From Eledone cirrhosa (taxonomy: Eukaryota): DNA of 64,000 nucleotides. The notes under the pieces were generated by a model. The model did not search any database, was not told the DNA's origin, and worked only from the letters and a program-made list of their open reading frames with translations. Location: the NCBI GenBank assembly GCA_964016885.1, contig OZ024751.1:16802001-16866000 (forward strand), in the 5' to 3' direction. Shown here in pieces: positions 55,901 to 64,000 of the stretch; the first letter of the stretch is position 1, and each line of letters starts with the position of its first letter. The translations under genes and the position numbers were made by a program.

Positions 55901-57160
55901 CAGATCGAGACAGGGAATAAAATGCTAAGTAGAGTGACATATTTACTATTAACTTTTGGCATAAACTTTTTATTAAGAGCTAAAAACCTTCACGAAATGT
56001 CCAAATTCAGGATTCATTATTGAAACCAAATGCAATACAAATGAAACTACAATAAAAGGTTGAAGAAATAAATTATATATGTAAGACAGTCAGAATGAAA
56101 GAGAGTAGGAACAACGAAAATAAAAAGAAACTACTAGAGAAGGTAAAAGAAAGAAACAATATGTGTGTGACAGTCACAATGAGAGAGTGTGCGAGAATGA
56201 TCTTTAGAGAGAGAAAAATTACAAAATTGAGAAAATCGGATAGAAAACGAAAATAATAAAGTAAGAAAAATAGGGAAATAATGTCAAGTAGGAGAGTAAA
56301 CTTGATTGCAATTAATGTGGAAGAAATGAAACGTAGGGGGAGAAGAAAAGAAAAATGAAAAATATAATCTGTTATCCATGCCACAGCAAATAATGTACCA
56401 ATTCTGCAATGCCAGACGTTGCTTTCTGACAAACTGTATTGTTGAAGGAATTAATGATATGGTTCAATGTTTTTGCTGCGTTTAATATAATTTAATCCTT
56501 TATAGTAGGTTTGATTTTGAGGTTTTTTTCTTATCCTTGCCACTATGGTTTCTTTCTTACTAAATATTTATGTATATATATGTATATATATAACATATAT
56601 ATGTATATATATATATAACATATATATGTATATATATATTATATGTATATATATATATAACATTTATATGTATATATATATAACATTTATATGTATATAT
56701 ATATAACATTTATATGTATATATATATAACATTTATATGTATATATATATAACATTTATATGTATATATATATAACATTTATATGTATATATATATAACA
56801 TTTATATGTATATATATATAACATTTATATGTATATATATATAACATTTATATGTATATATATATAACATTTATATGTATATATATATAACATTTATATG
56901 TATATATATATAACATATATATGTATATATATATATAACATATATATGTATATATATATATATAACATATATATATATATAACATATATATGTATATATA
57001 TAACATATATATGTATATATATAACATATATATGTATATATATATATAACATATATATATAACATATATATGTATATATATATATAACATATATATGTAT
57101 ATATATATATAACATATATATATAACATATATATGTATATATATATATAACATATATATG

Positions 57161-57619
57161 CAAAAGTTTTATTTAAAATTGTTGGGTTACAACGAGTAAA
57201 TATTTTATAACTGATATAAAAGCACTCAACAGTTTTTGGACTAGGTTTACGATATTAAACAAATGGAAACTATATTTATAAAACCATATTTATTTCGTTA
57301 TATATATTTCTGGGATATCATATTAAAAATATGGTATGCCTTCCTCAGACAAAATACAATATATAAGCTGTTTTATAAATAATTTTGACATACCTTAGAA
57401 TAATGCAACTTCCATTTAAAAAGTTGATTTGGTACCAAATCAACTTTTTAAATGGAAGTTGCATTATTCTAAGGTATGTCAAAATTATTTATAAAACAGC
57501 TTATATATTGTATTTTGTCTGAGGAAGGCATACCATATTTTTAATATGATATCCCAGAAATATATATAACGAAATAAATATGGTTTTATAAATATAGTTT
57601 CCATTTGTTTAATATCGTA
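57161..57619. mobile_element. ORF-less fold-back PLE pseudo-LTR: spacerless 372-bp palindrome (57248-57619) plus tail
   Basis: Centre GGTACC at 57431-57436; arms homologous to pseudo-LTR 39700-39848; tail 57161-57247 is the reverse complement of the 5' UTR at ~36320-36405. Confidence 0.92.
57511..57576 (+). ncRNA. Type I hammerhead (mirror copy on the minus strand at 57291-57356)
   Basis: tattttgt CTGAGGA a ggcatacca..tgatatcc ca GAAA tatat ATA acgaaata; 8-bp stem I with one G-U pair. Confidence 0.75.
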
Positions 57620-60134
57620 TAACATATATATGTATATATATATATAACATATATATGTATATATATATATAACATATATATGTATATATATATATAACAT
57701 ATATATGTATATATATATATAACATATATATGTATATATATATATATATAACATATGTATATATATATATAACATATGTATATATATATATAACATATGT
57801 ATATATATATATAACATATGTATATATATATATAACATATATATGTATATATATATATAACATATATATGTATATATATATATATAACATATATAGTATA
57901 TATATATATAACATATATATGTATATATATATATATAACATATGTATATATATATATAACATATGTATATATATATATAACATATGTATATATATATATA
58001 ACATATATATGTATATATATATATAACATATATATGTATATATATATATAACATATATATGTATATATATATATAACATATATATGTATATATATATAAC
58101 ATATATATGTATATATATATATAACATATATATGTATATATATATAACATATATATGTATATATATATATATAACATATATATGTATATATATATATATA
58201 ACATATATATGTATATATATATATATATAACATATATATGTATATATATATATAACATATATATGTATATATATATATATAACATATATATGTATATATA
58301 TATATAACATATATATGTATATATATATATAACATATATATGTATATATATATAACATATATATGTATATATATATATAACATATATATGTATATATATA
58401 TAACATATATATGTATATATATATATATAACATATATATGTATATATATATATATAACATATATATGTATATATATATATATATAACATATATATGTATA
58501 TATATATATAACATATATATGTATATATATATATATAACATATATATGTATATATATATATAACATATATATGTATATGTATATATATATATAACATATA
58601 TATGTATATATATAACATATATATGTATATATATATATAACATATATATGTATATATATATATAACATATATATGTATATATATATATAACATATATATG
58701 TATATATATATAACATATATATGTATATATATATATAACATATATATGTATATATATATATAACATATATGTGTATATATATATAACATATATATGTGTA
58801 TATATATATAACATATATATGTATATATATATATAACATATATATGTATATATATATATAACATATATATGTATATATATATATATAACATATATATGTA
58901 TATATATATATATAACATATATATGTATATATATATATATAACATATATATGTATATATATATATATAACATATATATGTATATATATATATATAACATA
59001 TATATGTATATATATATATATAACATATATATGTATATATATATATATAACATATATATGTATATATATATATAACATATATATGTATATATATATATAA
59101 CATATATATGTATATATATATATAACGTATATATGTATATATATATATAACATATATATGTATATATATATATAACATATATATGTATATATATATATAA
59201 CATATATATGTATATATATATATATAACATATATATGTATATATATATATATAACATATATATGTATATGTATATATAACATATATATGTATATATATAT
59301 ATAACATATATATGTATATACATATATAACATATATATGTATATATATATAACATATATGTATATATATATATATATAACATATATGTATATATATATAT
59401 ATAACATATATGTATATATATATATAACATATATGTATATATATATATAACATATATGTATATATATATATAACATATATATGTTATATATATATATTAC
59501 ATATATATGTATATATATATATATATATAACATATATGTATATATATAACATATATATATATATATATATATATATAACATATATGTATATATATAACAT
59601 ATATATATATATATATATAACATATATGTATATATATATATATATAACATATATGTATATATATATATATATAACATATATGTATATATATATATATATA
59701 ACATATATGTATATATATATATATATAACATATATGTATATATATATATATATAACATATATGTATATATATATAACATATATGTATATATATATATATA
59801 TATAACATATATGTATATATATATATATATATAACATATATGTATATATATATATATATATAACATATATGTATATATATATATATATATAACATATATG
59901 TATATATATATATATATATATAACATATATGTATATATATATATATATATATAACATATATATATATATATATATATGTTATGTATATATATATATATAT
60001 ATAACATATATATATATATATATATATATATGTTATATATATATATATACATATAACATATATATATATATATATAACACGTATATATATATATATATAT
60101 ATAACATATATATATATATAACATATATATATAT

Positions 60135-60169
<35 letters not shown>

Positions 60170-60188
60170 CATATATGTTTACTATATA

Positions 60189-60376
60189 TAATTGTTTCTA
60201 CTTTTGGCACAAGGCCAGCAATTACCCAGTACATTACTGGTACTTTATTTTATCGACCACGTAAGGATGAAAGGCAAAGTTAACCTCGGCGGGATTTGAA
60301 CTTAGAATGGCAAGGGCTGTAACTGTTTGCTGCAAAGCATGGCGTCCGACCCTCTACCGATACTGCCAATCCACCG
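60189..60376 (-). mobile_element. SINE family A
   Basis: Full-length reverse-complement copy. Confidence 0.92.
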
Positions 60377-60467
60377 ATATATATATATATATATATGTAT
60401 ATGTATATGTATGTATATATATGTGTATATATATGTATATATATATGTATATATATATGTATATATA

Positions 60468-60499
<32 letters not shown>

Positions 60500-61479
60500 A
60501 AAAAAACAAAAACACAAAAACAACCGTCATCAGTAACCACATAGCCCTCCTCTTATCGCTATTTTTGATATTTACTGTTGTGGTCTTCGCCCCCTCTTCT
60601 CTACCGATCTCACTCGATTCGTTGTGCCTGGCGAATTCATTTCTCTCCACACCTCGGTCGACTTCTTCCCTTTCTCTCTATCAATCTCGCCTGGTTGTCG
60701 GTCCATGTGCGTCCTACACCCGTTTGGATTAACTCCCTTACCCTCCTCCCCCTCTCTATCCCTCTCACTCACTCCCTCTGCCTTCTACTTCCTCTCGCTT
60801 CCGTTTCCTCCATCTTTCTCTCGCGATTTTGTTGAGGATAGACGTCGGATACATAGCTGCGTTATTATTGCACCGGGCTTAAACCAAACGGCTTTTTTAA
60901 AACTTGATCTCCATTCTCCCAATTACTTGCTTACATGTACCATTATCCCGTGTTCCCCTTTCTATAGGTAGGTTTTTTTTCTTATTTTTTCTGTTTTTTT
61001 TCTTCTTTTTTTCTTCTTTTTTTTCCTTTTTTTTCTTTTTTTTTTCTGTTTTTTCTTTTTTTTCTTTTTCTTTTTTTTTCCTTTTTCTTTTTTTTTTTCT
61101 TTTTTTTCTTTCTCCCCCTCATGGCCTTTTGATAGATAAAAGGCTATGGGCGCGCTACGGATATATGTGTAGTTAATAATGTGCCGAAACAGCCGTGATC
61201 TGTAGTTAACTACTGACGAAGGGAGACTGACCACTTCTTGTTTTTGTCTTACCTTCTAACACCCATTATCAGTAACCACACGGCCCTCTTTCATTCATCT
61301 GGTTCTGGATTTCGGATCTATACTATAGACGGAGTCAGCAGAGTTGTTACAACGTTGGATAGACTACTTAGCGACAGTTGTTCAAGCTCACTCAGTTCGA
61401 ATCAAAATCAACATTAAATCTCACAGCATTTGAGGTCTATAAATTGTCATCTAGTAATTGGATCGACATTAGCACAAAT

Positions 61480-61675
61480 AAAACTACCAACACACCCACC
61501 ATCACCAACAGTACCACAACCTCCATCATCTCCCAAACTATCAGAATCACACTCAATGCTACCACTACAACCACCAATAAAACCGCCACTAATAACAACC
61601 CCACCTCCAAAAGCAGTACCCTCACCAGCATCACACAACCCCTCCCCCAACCACCACCACCACCACCACCATTTT
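61480..61675. repeat. Degenerate (ACC)n low-complexity tract
   Basis: ACC/AAC/ATC-rich, ending in pure (CCA)n. Confidence 0.75.
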
Positions 61676-62164
61676 TGACGCTGTTGCTTTCTTTTGTCTC
61701 TCTACCACACGTAGTTTTACAGTACGCTTTCCACTATGTGACAGACATTTTATGCCACAGTTACACCAGCTGTAATGTAATAAATGATGACGTTAAAATG
61801 ATTTCCAGAATGCGTGTTTCCAAAGTAGATAGGAAAAATCATTTTTTTCTTTATAGTCATGTTGTATGTTAATATTTTTCAATGAAATAGTTATCTAGCG
61901 GGATGTCTCTAAGATGTAAAAATCATAATGTTGCAGATTTTCCGATGAAAAATCAATTTATAGTCACTCAGTATTAGCTGGGGAATAAGGAAAAAAAATT
62001 GTTCAAAATTCATGTAAAAATGAATACTTTAGAGTGAACTGTCACACATGTTAGCCAATTCTGAAATTCTTCTTAAAAAATATGCTATACATACATACAT
62101 ACTGCACATATATACACACACACACACGCACACGCTATATATATATATATATATGTGCGTGTGT

Positions 62165-62545
62165 CTGTATGTTTATTTAAAAACATTTTGAAGGGTATTC
62201 GCTATGAATTTTACAGAATATTACTAACGTCACATACTTAGTCTCGGTAAAAGCAAAGCCGAGTAATCGGCGGTCGTACCGTTTCTCACTTGTTGTCATG
62301 GTTGTCAAGACTACATACCCCCTTTCCTGCTTGTGCAGAGAGTTATAAAAGCTGGACTCTTAGAGAATTCCAGTTATGTTTATGAGCTGTTTAAATAGAC
62401 CGGTGGCCGGCCCGGCGAACAATAGAAATTAGTATTGATGTTCTGAAATAGCGATGTATATATGAACGACCAGCTATGTGACGTTAGTCACTACTTTAAA
62501 ATTGATAGGGAGTAGCCTTCAAAATATTTTAAAATAAACATACAG
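62165..62545. mobile_element. Element with long imperfect terminal inverted repeats (MITE or fold-back)
   Basis: ~78-bp arms ctgtatgtttattt..ttttgaagg..actaacgtcacata / tatgtgacgttagt..ccttcaaaa..aaataaacatacag. Confidence 0.7.
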
Positions 62546-62550
62546 TATAG

Positions 62551-62737
62551 CTGGATTGGCAGTATCGGTAGAGAGACGGACGCCATGCTTTGACGCATAG
62601 AGTTACGGCCCTTGCCATTCTGAGTTCAAATCCCGCCGAGGTTAACTTTGCCTTTCATCCTTACGGGTTGGATAAAATAAAGTATCAGTAATGCACTGGG
62701 TAATTGCTGGCCTTGTGCCAAAAGTAGAAACTATTAT
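62551..62737 (+). mobile_element. SINE family A
   Basis: Full-length copy with A and B boxes. Confidence 0.92.
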
Positions 62738-62915
62738 CTAATATGTTATACGTACATTCATATATACATCTCACCATTATTTAGATGGGCAGATTTTTAA
62801 CCGAGATACAATGGAATTCAGAAATGAAGGATATAATGCGATATATCTGGTTACATGTGGATTTTGTTGTCATTGGATGTAAGGGTCTGTCAGTTTTGAT
62901 TCATATACATGCTCG

Positions 62916-62953
<38 letters not shown>

Positions 62954-63032
62954 TATATATGACACACACAAAAACAAGATGGCGTAGGACAGAACAAAGG
63001 AGAGGCACAAAAAACAAAGAAAAGAATCGCCA

Positions 63033-63075
63033 GTCACTGAAGAGGTCACATAATGTGTGACGAAAGAACTTTGAC
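63033..63075 (+). ncRNA. Minimal type I hammerhead, intact core
   Basis: gtca CTGAAGA g gtcaca-taatg-tgtgac GAAA gaac TT tgac; same GAAAGAACTTTGA signature as 35266-35310. Confidence 0.75.
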
Positions 63076-63287
63076 AATATATAAACAACCATCTGGTTGT
63101 GGAACCAACCAACCAACCAACCGGAAATTTATAAATTCCTAAATTTATAAATTTATTATAATAAATTGAAGTGAAAGCACCTGGTGCGTGTGTTTCTTAT
63201 TGGCAACATGACCCTCCCAAAGTATAACAATATCGGTTTCAACACACGTTTTCAGATAAAGAATCTTGCTAAACAAATTCAGAAACG

Positions 63288-63322
<35 letters not shown>

Positions 63323-63609
63323 CATGAACATATGTCTATATACATATATATGTATACTAATGCCCCCCCCCCCCCCCCCTCTCTCTCTCTATCTCTCTCT
63401 CTCTATCTCTCTCTCTCTCTGTGTAGAGAGAGAGATGGTTTTAATAGAAATCATCATTTTTAAAGAAATATCAGAATGCTAATACAGGATAATATAAAAT
63501 ATTAAATTACAAATAGTTTTACTTCAAACGAAAAACGTTTGAAATGTGCTGGCAACTGAGACATTTTTCTCTCTAAATACATAAATTGTATATAGTATAC
63601 TGTAATATC

Positions 63610-63760
63610 AGGCGGTGAATTGGCGGAGTCTTTACATCGTCGGAGAGAATGCGTTGTATCATCCATGACGGCTCCCCAAGATGAAGTCCCGCTGAAGTCA
63701 ACTATGCTTTTCACCCATTCAAGGGCGATAAATAAGAACAAATGTAGTACTGGGATCGAT
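63610..63760 (+). mobile_element. Old degenerate SINE family A-related copy
   Basis: ggcggtgaattggcgg..gtcaactatgcttttcaccc..gataaataa..gtactgggatcgat. Confidence 0.6.
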
Positions 63761-64000
63761 TCTTTCTCTATATCTCTTTCTCAATTATATTCTCGCTCTC
63801 TCACTGTCCTCCTCTGCTAGAAATCTTTTGCATTCCGACATGGAGAAGATTGAGCTCCGTCAGGATTAAAATTGCCCTAGAAATGTTGATCTCACAGAAA
63901 ATGGATTAATGAGAATGATAATGGTATCAATAAATGTGAAGAGAGGCTTCAGCAAGAACAAACATATCAAGTTTTCATATTAGCATGCCACCATCATCCT

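Larger units (their letters stand above)
56568..60190. repeat. TA-based satellite, unit TAACATATATATG(TA)n, interrupted at 57161-57619
   Basis: Over 100 units; taacatttatatg variant block at ~56660-56900. Confidence 0.98.

Noticed and set aside
61378-61872. Thr-rich 164-aa ORF
   Set aside because: Explained by (ACC)n low complexity; non-ATG start and no domain

Overview
Eukaryotic, AT-rich, repeat-dominated DNA with no host gene I can support. The SINE families and large (TA)n-derived satellites suggest a mollusc, probably an octopod (inference). About 16 kb is satellite: three TA-based arrays plus a 30-bp minisatellite, and these produce all the very long ORFs in the track. The rest is a nested mix of decayed mobile elements: (i) at least five Penelope-like retroelements (PLEs). 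Four have a C-terminal GIY-YIG endonuclease, three of them with a CxC-x5-C-x5-C-type linker, and one is nearly full length with RT and pseudo-LTRs. The fifth is a Neptune/Nematis-type endonuclease fragment. (ii) A Tx1/L1-clade LINE lacking its endonuclease, plus RTE and CRE-clade fragments. (iii) About 25 copies of two tRNA-derived SINE families. (iv) A non-autonomous Helitron and several MITEs. The most notable hidden structure is RNA-level. About a dozen type I hammerhead ribozyme motifs occur on both strands, several with intact cores. There are also many ORF-less fold-back palindromes built from PLE terminal repeats, mostly in or next to (TA)n, the largest a 372-bp spacerless palindrome with a hammerhead in each arm. 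All calls were made by eye, and boundaries of decayed elements are approximate.
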